Source of the DNA: Candidatus Hydrogenedentota bacterium
GTDB lineage: Bacteria > Hydrogenedentota > Hydrogenedentia > Hydrogenedentales > SLHB01
Reading direction: 5' to 3'
Length of the DNA: 64,000 nt
Assembly: GCA_045863295.1 (NCBI GenBank)
Contig: BTWA01000005.1
Coordinates: 168,154-232,153, forward strand
Below are positions 9,583-18,960 of this stretch, piece by piece (position 1 is the stretch's first letter; every line of letters starts with the position of its first letter). Below the pieces are notes generated by a model. That model saw nothing but the letters and a program-made list of their open reading frames with translations, had not been told where the DNA came from and ran no database searches. The position numbers and the translations under genes were made by a program.

Positions 9583-11718
9583 ATGACGCGACCGCAATCG
9601 ACATCTCAACCGACGCGCGACACAAAGCGCGTCGAAGTATTCTTCCAGTGCATTTTGTGTGGAACAGCCTTTGTGTACGTGGAATCTCTTCGTGCCCACC
9701 GGTCCGCCTTCTGGCATGGCCTGCCCCTGAATGAAATGGGTGGCATGATTTTGGGGGCAGGAGCTTACGCGGCTGTCGTGGCTTGTCTCTATTTCACGCT
9801 GATGCCTGTCCGTTGGTGCTTGTCTAGCAATAGTCGAACGAGTACTGCCGCAGTTCCATTAAGTCTGAGCCTCTCCGCCGCAACTTGTTGGCTGACGGTG
9901 ACCATACTTGCGAACGGTGCGATGCGCCTGTCGGACCTGTGCGCGTCAGCCATGATTGCGGCGTCGCCTGTTTTGGTTTTGTGGGTTGTTCGTTTAACAG
10001 GCACCACTCGCTTGGCCGCAATCGGATCCGCGATCGTTATTCTTGTTGCTGGAATAGTCGCACAGACCGTGGTTGCCCATGTCTATGTCCACCGCCTCGA
10101 TGTCAGACCGTTGTACGTAACCGCGGGACCGGCAATCTGGATGGTTCTTGGCGCCCTCATGTTCTTCTTGTTGTTGACATGGCAAAACCGCCTGGCCGTC
10201 TCCATTCCACGTCGGATGACTGCAACGGGGAAGGTTGTGTGGACGGTAGCCGCCATAGTGTATGTGAGTGTTCCAGTTGCAGCCACTCGCTTTGCCGCAT
10301 TTGCCGTCAAGGCACCCCAAGCCGACGCGCCGCCCAATCTCGTTATCGTCACCTGCGATGCCTTACGTGCCGATTGGATGAGTGCTTATGGCGGTCCCGT
10401 GCCCACACCGAATGCCGACACATTGTCGAGTCGTGGCGTGCTCTTTGATCGCGCATATTCGCTGGCTCCGTGGACGATACCGTCCATGCACGGCATGTTT
10501 TCGTCGACTTATCCGTTCGGATTGACCCCTGGCGCAAGCTTTGACCAGTGGAAAGAAGAGGTAGGCCGATACGCCTTTCCAGACGCACCTACGCTCGCGG
10601 AAGTAATTCGCAGCAATGGGTACGCCACCGCCGCATTCACCGGCAATCCCCTCTTGGGCGATCCAGAGGGAATCATGCGCGGCTTTCAAATTACGGCCAG
10701 CTACCCGGCACATGCGCCAGTGCGTGTGAGCCGATGGTCGCAGTTACCCTACATGGAATCGCTGCTATTTCGATTCTGGCCGGGTGCAGTGGACTTGCGG
10801 CCGGTAGACTCCACGGCTGTGCTCACGACATTGGCCAGGACATTTATCCAGCAGAATGCCTCCCGGCCCTTTTTACTTTGGGTTCACATGCTTGACCCCC
10901 ACGACCCGTACGACCCGCCCCAAGCGCTCCGAGGCCCCGAGCGCGGGCCGTGGCCATTATTCAGCCCGCTTGCCCCCTACTACGGCACGCCACAACTTGA
11001 CGACCACGGCAATATTGAATTGAGCCACGCGGAACAGAATTACGTTCGGGCGCTCTACGCGGCCGATATTCGATATGCGGATGCCGGTCTGGGCCGCATT
11101 TTGGATGCCCTCTCGGAGTGGGGCCTGGATTCAAACACCTATGTCGTGCTGTCGGCGGATCACGGCGAAGAAATGTGGGACCATGGCCGGTTCAACCATG
11201 GACAAAGCCTCTTTGATGAGTTGGTTCGAGTACCGCTCATCGTATCCGGTCCCGGGTTGGAGAAAGGCAGAGTCCAAACGCCGGTATCCGCGATAGACGT
11301 GATGCCGACCCTCGCGGATCTTTTGGGGATTGCCGCGCCCCCTGAATGGCAGGGAATGAGCCTTGAATCATCGCTTCTCAACCCAATAGAAGGCGCAGAA
11401 GGGCGGCCGGTGATGGCTTTGGGCACAAACCGGTACGCCTGGCCCAATGTTTACCACATGATTGTGGACAGTCGGTGGAAGCTGATTCATGAACTTACCG
11501 GGGACACCATTTCATTGTACGATTTGGCTTCAGATCCCGGCGAACAGGCCGATTTGAGCGGCCGCCAACCTGAGACTGCGGCAAGGCTCTTGGAAAGCCT
11601 GGAAGAGTGGCGACTCCAATTCCCGCTGGAGTTCACGGCCGCCGATGGCGCGACCGGCGAGACTTCCGAGACCAGTGATTTGCTTGAGAGGATAAGGTCA
11701 ATGGGCTATGTAAGGTAA
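9583..11718 (+). CDS. Polytopic membrane protein with C-terminal sulfatase/alkaline-phosphatase-fold domain (Thr at the nucleophile position)
   Basis: Several hydrophobic N-terminal segments; PNLVIVTCDALRAD, PWTIPSM, DPHDPY, SADHGEE, LYDLASDPGE. Confidence 0.85.
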   Translation: MTRPQSTSQPTRDTKRVEVFFQCILCGTAFVYVESLRAHRSAFWHGLPLNEMGGMILGAGAYAAVVACLYFTLMPVRWCLSSNSRTSTAAVPLSLSLSAATCWLTVTILANGAMRLSDLCASAMIAASPVLVLWVVRLTGTTRLAAIGSAIVILVAGIVAQTVVAHVYVHRLDVRPLYVTAGPAIWMVLGALMFFLLLTWQNRLAVSIPRRMTATGKVVWTVAAIVYVSVPVAATRFAAFAVKAPQADAPPNLVIVTCDALRADWMSAYGGPVPTPNADTLSSRGVLFDRAYSLAPWTIPSMHGMFSSTYPFGLTPGASFDQWKEEVGRYAFPDAPTLAEVIRSNGYATAAFTGNPLLGDPEGIMRGFQITASYPAHAPVRVSRWSQLPYMESLLFRFWPGAVDLRPVDSTAVLTTLARTFIQQNASRPFLLWVHMLDPHDPYDPPQALRGPERGPWPLFSPLAPYYGTPQLDDHGNIELSHAEQNYVRALYAADIRYADAGLGRILDALSEWGLDSNTYVVLSADHGEEMWDHGRFNHGQSLFDELVRVPLIVSGPGLEKGRVQTPVSAIDVMPTLADLLGIAAPPEWQGMSLESSLLNPIEGAEGRPVMALGTNRYAWPNVYHMIVDSRWKLIHELTGDTISLYDLASDPGEQADLSGRQPETAARLLESLEEWRLQFPLEFTAADGATGETSETSDLLERIRSMGYVR

Positions 11719-11932
11719 TGCCTCCCAGAATGTTGCATGGGGTACTCGAGTGCCCGCGTGCACGATGGTACATCAGATAAGCCTATTGTTGACCTGAACC
11801 GTTCCTCAAACGGTTTGGAGTTGTAAAAGCACCCGCAAGGATTTACGACTCCTTGATTTCCGGCAAAGTCTGGTAAAATGTCAATTGGGACCGAACCGGG
11901 ATCCTGGTGGATGCCTCACAGGAGAGGATTTT

Positions 11933-12559
11933 ATGGCTTTCAGACGCTACGGGTTTACTCTGCTTGAGCTGTTGATAACCGTTGCACTCCTGGCGGTTGT
12001 GTCCCTGTTGGGGTTTGTTGCCGTCCAAAGTTCGGTGGCCTCAGCCGGCACGGCTGCCGCGAAGAGCGATGTTCAACAAGCGGTACGAGACGTGATGGCG
12101 ATAATGGTCACGGAACTGCAAACCGCGGCCAAAGCAGACAATGATGCTTTGAATCCGCCCTTGGATCGATTGGCCGTAACGGCGAACCCTGCTGCCAATT
12201 GTCCTATTGAAGTCTCTTTTCAAGTACCCTTGGATGGTACTGCGCGAAACTGGTCGAACCGCATCCGATTCCGCCATTACGACGAAGATGCCAACAACAA
12301 TGAGTGGCTGGATTCCGGCGAAGATGTGAACGGCGACGGTGTTCTGACGCGCTGTATTTGGCGGATGGAAGACACCAACGGTGATGGTACCCCGGACGAG
12401 ACGCGGGAAGTGGGTGGTGCGAATTGCATCAGCAATGTGCAATTTGTGCTCAACGGAAATGTCCTTACGATTACCCTTACGGCGACGCAATTGCTTCCGG
12501 GATTTCGGCAAAACCCGGTTACGGCAACGACTTCGACCGATGTGTATCTGTTGAATTGA
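11933..12559 (+). CDS. Type IV minor pilin / pseudopilin (PilW/GspJ-like)
   Basis: Class III signal RRYG|FTLLELLITVALL; GGAGAGG RBS. Confidence 0.88.
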   Translation: MAFRRYGFTLLELLITVALLAVVSLLGFVAVQSSVASAGTAAAKSDVQQAVRDVMAIMVTELQTAAKADNDALNPPLDRLAVTANPAANCPIEVSFQVPLDGTARNWSNRIRFRHYDEDANNNEWLDSGEDVNGDGVLTRCIWRMEDTNGDGTPDETREVGGANCISNVQFVLNGNVLTITLTATQLLPGFRQNPVTATTSTDVYLLN

Positions 12560-12810
12560 GGGCCGGTATGTTCCAAAACAGGGCTGAATCGCCTGAAATC
12601 GCACGGCATTTTGGCAATGTTCGCGGACGTATGGTAGATTTCACTCAGGATCAGTGCTCCAATGCGAATGCGAGCGGTTAATGCCGTTCCCGGCGCAGTT
12701 GGGGCATTTTCTTTGTTCTGGCGTTGAAGCAAGGCGAGCGGCAAGGAATTGAGACAGCGTATGTTTGACCACGGGTCTGTGACCGTGGGGCATACAGGAG
12801 ATCCCAAGTC

Positions 12811-13245
12811 ATGGTTAAGGCGATTCTTCAGCGATTGAACCGTCAGCGCGGCAAAAAGGCAGGTATGACCTTGGTCGAACTGACACTGGCCCTCGCAATA
12901 TTCGCCATTGTACTTGGCGCGGCGGCGCAGTCGCTGGTCTCGTTTTACGTGGCCTTGGACATGCAAAACCAGCGTAACACTGCACTTCGCAATTGCCTGA
13001 GCATTATCAACGCCATGCGGAATGTACGTGACGCGAATCTCGACAACTTTCCGGGAATAATTACCAATACCTGGCCGGACGGTGCCGAGGTGCCGAACGC
13101 GGGGTCGATGCGGAATGAGACGGTGACCGTCGACTATACCAATCCGGCGGCCAATCCGCTGGAGGTGACCGTGTTCAGCCAGTTTACGGATATGCAGGGC
13201 CGGCCCATGCAGGTTCGAATCTCGACCATGCTTACAAATGGTTGA
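12811..13245 (+). CDS. Type IV minor pilin / pseudopilin (PilV/GspI-like)
   Basis: KKAG|MTLVELTLALAIFAI; 144 aa; AGGAG RBS. Confidence 0.88.
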   Translation: MVKAILQRLNRQRGKKAGMTLVELTLALAIFAIVLGAAAQSLVSFYVALDMQNQRNTALRNCLSIINAMRNVRDANLDNFPGIITNTWPDGAEVPNAGSMRNETVTVDYTNPAANPLEVTVFSQFTDMQGRPMQVRISTMLTNG

Positions 13246-13303
13246 TCGCCCGGTCAGACGTTTTCGTCTGTACCGTTGCGACATTCCATTGGAGGGTAAC
13301 CGT

Positions 13304-15544
13304 ATGAATACAAGACAGACCACCCGATCGCGCGAAGAGGGAATGGCGTTGATACTGGTTGTTTTGGCCGTTATCGCCATTCTTGGCGCAGTCACGCTTG
13401 TCGTGGGGCGCGTTCAAAGCACCAAGCGCAACACCGATGCGACCGTCAATCGGGCTATGGCCGAGGAGGCCTGTAAAGCGGGCATCGACATGGCTATCGA
13501 ACGCATTTGGAACCAATATGTACTGACCACCGGCAACACGACAGGGAATCTGGCCTCATATCGTCTATTTGTTTCCAATCTTATTCAGAACAACGAAGAC
13601 ACGAACAACAATGGTGTGCAGGACGCGGGCGAATTCGACAGCGACGGAGACGGCGGTTTCGACATGAACCCGCCGTGGGTGGTTGTCACCGACGATCAGC
13701 CCGTGGCACTGGCTTCGGGCGGCGGAATCCGTTCGGTAACGGTATCGCGAACGGATGATTTGACTGGCGCGGTATTGACCATACGGTCCACAGGGCGGTA
13801 CGGCGACACCGAACGCACGGCAGTGCAGACCGTGCGGGTGGGCGGCGAGCCGTTTGAGGGATTCGAGTACGGCATTTTGGCAAACAACATAAACTGCATT
13901 CTGTGTCATGCCAAGTTTTACTCATTGGATTTGGCCCGAAACACGAATCCCTCGAACTACAATTCGTTTGATCGCATTAAAGTTGCCGCACTTGAGTCGT
14001 TGATGATCCGGACGAACGAGAACATTCATACGCGTGTTGCCGGCACGATTTATACGCGGGGCACGGTATACAACCAGACCGGCGCGCAGCTGAGCGCGAA
14101 CTCGATCGCCTCATCCACATTGCGAGCATTTCAGTTTAACAATACGAATGGAAAGATTGTCCAAAACAGCAGCGGTGCCATGTCCGAAACGTCGTTTGCG
14201 AATGCAACGACCAACAGCCAGGGTTTGTTGAATCCGTTCAGCAACCTGTATTTGAATTATCCTGATGATCGTCAGTATCAGACCGATGGAACACTTCCGA
14301 CGCATTTCCCGGCGCCTTACCCGGACGACAACGAAAACCGATATGTCGACGACGATGAATTCGATCGTGTGGTGAATAGCGCAAACGGCCGTCTTCAATT
14401 TACCGTCGATCCAAATCAGCCGGGGTCGCTTCAAGCGGGTGTGGCCTACGGCGTACCTCATGGTTCCGCCTATGCCGGCACGAGTCTCCCGACTAGCAGC
14501 AATGGCGCGTTGTCCAGTTTGAGCACCGACGGGAGTTACGAAGGCAACCTGATTCTGATAGGGACCAACGACGATCCCATCGTAATTGACGGGGCGGTCG
14601 CCGTGGACGGCGATTTGGTCATCAAAGGCCCGGTCAAGGGTTGGGGCCAGATATTCGCGCGCGGCAACGTGTACGTAGTTGGTGACGTTACGTATGCCGA
14701 TGCCCCGGGCGAGTTCGGCGTGGCCTCTGACGGCACACGCAATGGTCTTGCACTCACGTCTGGCGGCAGCATCATGATGGGTGACTACCTAACGATTCGT
14801 GGCAAGCAACATACGGCGGAGACGACCAAATTTCCGGGCGGCGGTTTCATCGACACCCGCACCGCGAACAGGAATGTGACGATCTCGAAGAGCGGAAGTT
14901 CCAACCAGACGCACGCGATCGGCTATTTCGATTCGGGCGTTACCGATGCCGGCTGGACAGTAAACAATCAGCCGCAGCTCAGCTTCACCACATCGGAGTT
15001 GATGTTGTTCAATCAGCAGGAATACCTGCGCAAGCAAGCGGATTCGACGTATAAGCCGCGCTATTACCGGTTGCGCCCTGACCAGCCCATTTACCGGTAT
15101 TCCGCGAACGACGAGCACACGGTGAAGTATACAGACGCGGGCGTTCAAATCATCACCAATCCGGGAGACGCGGCGATTCACGATTTGAACCCCAACAATT
15201 TCTGGTTGACGGAGAGCGCCTTGCGCAATTTCTGGTGGACAGACGAGATGACCCGGCCCAGTAGCGGCCGTCCAATGAAGTTCGACGGACTGTTGTACTC
15301 AAACAACAGCATTTTTGCGATAACGCGCAGCAGTGACCGGCATAAGTCAAACACGCGCGGTCGCATGGAGGTGCGAGGCAGCATCGTGACATCCGACCTT
15401 GGCGTGTTGGTACCGGGCCCCGACTTTTCCGTGCCCCGATCGGCGCTTGACCTGTACTACGACCGCCGCGTCGCGGACTTCCTTCGCGTGGAAGACACGA
15501 CGGTGGTGCAGTACAACCGTCTGGCCTTCCGGTTCGAGCAATAG
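13304..15544 (+). CDS. Large PilX/GspK-type minor pilin with a putative beta-solenoid domain and a CxxCH motif
   Basis: REEG|MALILVVLAV (no Glu5, as in PilX), AEEACKAGID helix, TIRSTG; repetitive GNLILIG...IDGAVAVDGDLVIKG...GNVYVVGDVTY; GGAGG RBS. Confidence 0.82.
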   Translation: MNTRQTTRSREEGMALILVVLAVIAILGAVTLVVGRVQSTKRNTDATVNRAMAEEACKAGIDMAIERIWNQYVLTTGNTTGNLASYRLFVSNLIQNNEDTNNNGVQDAGEFDSDGDGGFDMNPPWVVVTDDQPVALASGGGIRSVTVSRTDDLTGAVLTIRSTGRYGDTERTAVQTVRVGGEPFEGFEYGILANNINCILCHAKFYSLDLARNTNPSNYNSFDRIKVAALESLMIRTNENIHTRVAGTIYTRGTVYNQTGAQLSANSIASSTLRAFQFNNTNGKIVQNSSGAMSETSFANATTNSQGLLNPFSNLYLNYPDDRQYQTDGTLPTHFPAPYPDDNENRYVDDDEFDRVVNSANGRLQFTVDPNQPGSLQAGVAYGVPHGSAYAGTSLPTSSNGALSSLSTDGSYEGNLILIGTNDDPIVIDGAVAVDGDLVIKGPVKGWGQIFARGNVYVVGDVTYADAPGEFGVASDGTRNGLALTSGGSIMMGDYLTIRGKQHTAETTKFPGGGFIDTRTANRNVTISKSGSSNQTHAIGYFDSGVTDAGWTVNNQPQLSFTTSELMLFNQQEYLRKQADSTYKPRYYRLRPDQPIYRYSANDEHTVKYTDAGVQIITNPGDAAIHDLNPNNFWLTESALRNFWWTDEMTRPSSGRPMKFDGLLYSNNSIFAITRSSDRHKSNTRGRMEVRGSIVTSDLGVLVPGPDFSVPRSALDLYYDRRVADFLRVEDTTVVQYNRLAFRFEQ

Positions 15545-15559
15545 TAGGAGAACTTGACC

Positions 15560-16480
15560 ATGAAGCAATTCGCTTTTTGTGCTTGTATTGCAGTGGCTGC
15601 AACGTGGTGTGCCTTGGCGGATACGGTGCATTTCAAAGACGGCCGTACGTTAGAGGGCATAACGTCGCAGCCCAACCCGAATTGCGTGGCTATCAGCATG
15701 GGTCAAAGCAAAGTGATATTCTCGATGGAAGACGTCGATCGCATCGAGAAGAACGACAAGACAGGGGAAGGGTATGACTTGGCCAGTGTGAGTCCAATGG
15801 CCGTGCAGCATCTCAAGATGATGGAAGAGATGTACGGTGTTTCGCAGGAGCAGCGCGAAGAGTTGCTGGCACTGCTGGAGCGGCTCCGGTCCGAAGATAC
15901 GAACGAGCATCAAGTAGTCATGAGCCAGCTTGCAACCATCAACGGCAGTGTCGATGTCATGCGGTTTCTTGAGGCGGCCATGGCCAGTTTTGGAAAGCGA
16001 CTGGCCCCCAAAGCGCTTGAGGCCATGGCCACGTTGAATCCTGAACGTGCCAAGACAACTCTGCGTGCGCGCACCCAGGATGCCGTGCCGGAAACCCGTG
16101 CTAAAGCAGTAGAGTTGCTTGCGAAGGTGGGTGACGCGGAAAGTCTTGAGCTCGTCGCCCGCGGCATGAAGGACTACGACGAGTCGGTGCGAATCGCCTC
16201 GGCAAATGCGCTGGCCGCCATGGGCGACAAGCGGGTTACGCCGGTTCTGATCGACGGTTTGTCCAGCACGGATGCGCGCGTGGTGAATGCTTCGCGCCAG
16301 GCCCTCACCCGACTGTGGGGTTCGGCCGAGTCGCCTGTCGCATTTGAAAAGACAGAGGAGTGGCAGGCGCTCTGGAATGGGGAACAAAGCAAGGTGGCCA
16401 ATCCCATACAGGTGGCCCAACTGCAGCCCTTGGCGGAACTCGATCCCAATGCGCCGGAAGGCTACGATCACAGCGAGTGA
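15560..16480 (+). CDS. Exported HEAT-repeat protein
   Basis: Signal peptide; DTVHFKDGRTLEG N-domain; D..PETRAKAVELL, D.DESVRIASANAL and DARVVNASRQAL repeats. Confidence 0.8.
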   Translation: MKQFAFCACIAVAATWCALADTVHFKDGRTLEGITSQPNPNCVAISMGQSKVIFSMEDVDRIEKNDKTGEGYDLASVSPMAVQHLKMMEEMYGVSQEQREELLALLERLRSEDTNEHQVVMSQLATINGSVDVMRFLEAAMASFGKRLAPKALEAMATLNPERAKTTLRARTQDAVPETRAKAVELLAKVGDAESLELVARGMKDYDESVRIASANALAAMGDKRVTPVLIDGLSSTDARVVNASRQALTRLWGSAESPVAFEKTEEWQALWNGEQSKVANPIQVAQLQPLAELDPNAPEGYDHSE

Positions 16481-16543
16481 GTTTTACGGTTCAATGGGTT
16501 CCAAGACGCCGCCGGGGGCCGCGATCTCGCTGAGTCCAAGTGG

Positions 16544-17347
16544 TCAGCCGTCGGGCACGCCCTCGACACCCCCTTTGGCAAGGCGATTGAGGTTCCATAC
16601 CTTTGCGTATTTGGTGAAGACCGAAAATGCCGCCAGTCCGCACAATACGGCTCCGTGATACCCGTCCAAGAATCCCCGCCGCAACACGAACATCTTGACA
16701 AAACGGGACCACGGACGAATGGTCAGGTCAAACAGGGATGGGCGTTTGCCATTGTCATACAAGTCTTGTGCGGACCAAGAGGTAAACCTCTGAAAGGTCG
16801 CAAAGTATTCTTCGAAGTTTCGCTTGTCGTCGTGATACATGACCTCGTCGATCTGACCCATTAGGCCGTCCACCTCGATCGTGGAATGAACGCGCTGGGT
16901 ACGGTAGCGGCCTTTCTTTGTGCGGAAGAGACGTACGTTGTAGTCACGGTCCCAGCCGCAATGCAAGATCAATTTTCCGAAGAAGTAGGATAATCGCTTT
17001 ATGCGATAGCCGTCCCGGCTTGCCGGGTTCGTAATGATCTGGCGAATATGCTCCGCGAGTTCCGTTGAAACCCATTCATCCCCATCGAGCACCAGTGTCC
17101 ATTCCGTTTTAATCTGAGGAATGGCCCAGTTGCATTGATCGGCTTTGTTTGCGTAAGGATGTTCGACCACATGATTGGAGTATTGCCGTGCGATTTCTGC
17201 TGACCCGTCAGACGTACGCGGATCGACAACCAGGAATAAGTCATCCGCCCATTTCACGCTTTCCAGGCAGCGTGGCAACCTATCGCCCAAGTTGTGAATG
17301 AGGATCAGAACCGTGAGGGTTCCTGTGTTTTTGCCAGAAGATTCCAA
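16544..17347 (-). CDS. Glycosyltransferase family 2 (WaaE/KdtX-like); start uncertain (TTG 17347 or 17395)
   Basis: CLESVKWADD, SDGSAEIA, WTLVLDGDE, VHS, RRGFLDGYHG...FTKYAK. Confidence 0.88.
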   Translation of the reverse strand: MESSGKNTGTLTVLILIHNLGDRLPRCLESVKWADDLFLVVDPRTSDGSAEIARQYSNHVVEHPYANKADQCNWAIPQIKTEWTLVLDGDEWVSTELAEHIRQIITNPASRDGYRIKRLSYFFGKLILHCGWDRDYNVRLFRTKKGRYRTQRVHSTIEVDGLMGQIDEVMYHDDKRNFEEYFATFQRFTSWSAQDLYDNGKRPSLFDLTIRPWSRFVKMFVLRRGFLDGYHGAVLCGLAAFSVFTKYAKVWNLNRLAKGGVEGVPDG

Positions 17348-17515
17348 TGTGATTCTCGCTTTGGTTCCTTGCCGTTTGCGGCGTATTGTAACCAAGCGGG
17401 ATCGGGCAGGCGAATTGACCGGCTATCACGGCTGCGCGGCCTTCTCCTTTTCGGGCCCGCGTATCACCTTGGAATTGGCAATGGCGGTTGTCGGGCGCGT
17501 TCCGCCAAATTTGGG

Positions 17516-17704
17516 TTATGCGGCGTGGGTTTTACTACCGCATCCGTGGCTGTGATGATAGGCGTCAATTTCGAGTAGCGCTTTGTCCAGGCATTCGGGG
17601 CAATAGCTGTGCGACACCAGGGTAGTCGAGGGTACCGGCACGTGGAATCGTTTCCAGTTGCCATTGAGGCGGATGCGTTTACAGTCACAACATTGAACGA
17701 TCAT
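17516..17704 (-). CDS. 62-aa stand-alone Cys/His zinc-ribbon-like protein
   Basis: CCDCKRIR...W...VSHSYCPEC; AAAGGA RBS upstream. Confidence 0.75.
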   Translation of the reverse strand: MIVQCCDCKRIRLNGNWKRFHVPVPSTTLVSHSYCPECLDKALLEIDAYHHSHGCGSKTHAA

Positions 17705-17741
17705 ACAACACCGTCCTTTCCGTCAGCTCCGTTTCACTATA

Positions 17742-17758
17742 CGCATATCCCATGCCGA
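17742..17758 (-). promoter_or_regulatory. Putative sigma-54 (-24/-12) promoter
   Basis: Minus strand TCGGCATGGGATATGCG: GG-N10-GC with GGCA and TGC cores; AT-rich IHF-like tract further upstream. Confidence 0.5.
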
Positions 17759-18027
17759 TGGGTTCTGTGAGGGTTGGATTGCAATAACTGATTTTGTTAC
17801 AATGGTTTATGATGTTGGCTTAGAATTTGCGCCAGGCGGTAAATAGTTGACACTGCCCAAAATCAGGCAAAATGATCCGGTTTCGGGCAGACCAATACTG
17901 CCGGTCAGTGCCCCAGTTCCCCTGTCCTCGTCGGCGGGCGGGATGAAACCTTTTGCATGGTCCTCGCGTTTCACTTAAAGTACGCGTTTCGTCGGGCAGA
18001 AACCTCGCGTGGTAAGTAGCAGCAGAT

Positions 18028-18960
18028 ATGATTGAAGCCAAAGGGCTAACGAAATATTACGGGTCAATTACCGCCATTTCCGGGATAACGTTCCAAGTGG
18101 ACAAGGGCGAGGTTATTGGCTTTCTTGGACCGAACGGCGCCGGCAAGTCCACGACAATGCGCATCCTGACAGGATTTACCGTGCCGTCCAGCGGAACGGC
18201 GCGCATTGCCGGCTACCTTGTTGAAGACCAACCGCTCGAAGCAAAGCGATGCATTGGTTACCTGCCGGAAAGTGTGCCTCTCTATCCCGAGATGTTGGTC
18301 GAGTCGTTTCTGCGGTTTGTCGCGGAGGCGAAAGGTTTGCCGCGCGGCCAGCGAAAGTCCGAAGTGGGCCGCGTGATTGAGCGAACCGGTTTGGCGGGTA
18401 TGGAGAAGCGTGTTGTCGGAAACCTTTCTAAAGGGTATCGGCAACGTGTCGGATTGGCGCAGGCGCTGCTCGGTAATCCCCCCGTGTTGATTCTGGATGA
18501 GCCGACAGTTGGCCTTGATCCAAAACAAATTATTGAGATCCGGCAATTGATCAAGGAATTAGCCGCGAACCACACCGTGCTGTTGAGTACGCACATCTTG
18601 AGCGAAGTAACGATGGTGTGTCAGCGAGTGGTTATCATCAACCGCGGCCGGGTGGTCGCGCAGGATGCCATGGCCAACCTTGCCGGGGAAGACGGGAAGG
18701 TTGTGTATCGAATAGAGGCAGCGGGACCCCGAGAACGTGTCCTGGCGGTGCTGCAAAGTGTTTCTGGCCTATGTGAAGTGCGCCATGAAGGAGGTTTTGG
18801 TTACAAGGCCATGGCCACTTTAGACAGCGATCCCAGCGAGGCGCTGGCCAAGGCCTTGGTTGCCAATGACTGTCGTCTTACAGGTTTAAGCAAGGACAAC
18901 CGCACATTGGAAGACATATTCATTCGCGCCATTTCCAGCGAGCAGGAGGCGGCCACATGA
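18028..18960 (+). CDS. ABC transporter ATP-binding protein (GldA-like)
   Basis: GPNGAGKST, LSKGYRQRVGLAQ, ILDEPTVGLDP, LSTHIL. Confidence 0.93.
   Translation: MIEAKGLTKYYGSITAISGITFQVDKGEVIGFLGPNGAGKSTTMRILTGFTVPSSGTARIAGYLVEDQPLEAKRCIGYLPESVPLYPEMLVESFLRFVAEAKGLPRGQRKSEVGRVIERTGLAGMEKRVVGNLSKGYRQRVGLAQALLGNPPVLILDEPTVGLDPKQIIEIRQLIKELAANHTVLLSTHILSEVTMVCQRVVIINRGRVVAQDAMANLAGEDGKVVYRIEAAGPRERVLAVLQSVSGLCEVRHEGGFGYKAMATLDSDPSEALAKALVANDCRLTGLSKDNRTLEDIFIRAISSEQEAAT

Noticed and set aside
12277..13395. Long minus-strand 372-aa ORF and similar alternative-frame ORFs (e.g. 15650..16471, 18801..19688, 39758..40618)
   Set aside because: They overlap well-supported genes, lack motifs and are expected shadows in GC-rich DNA.
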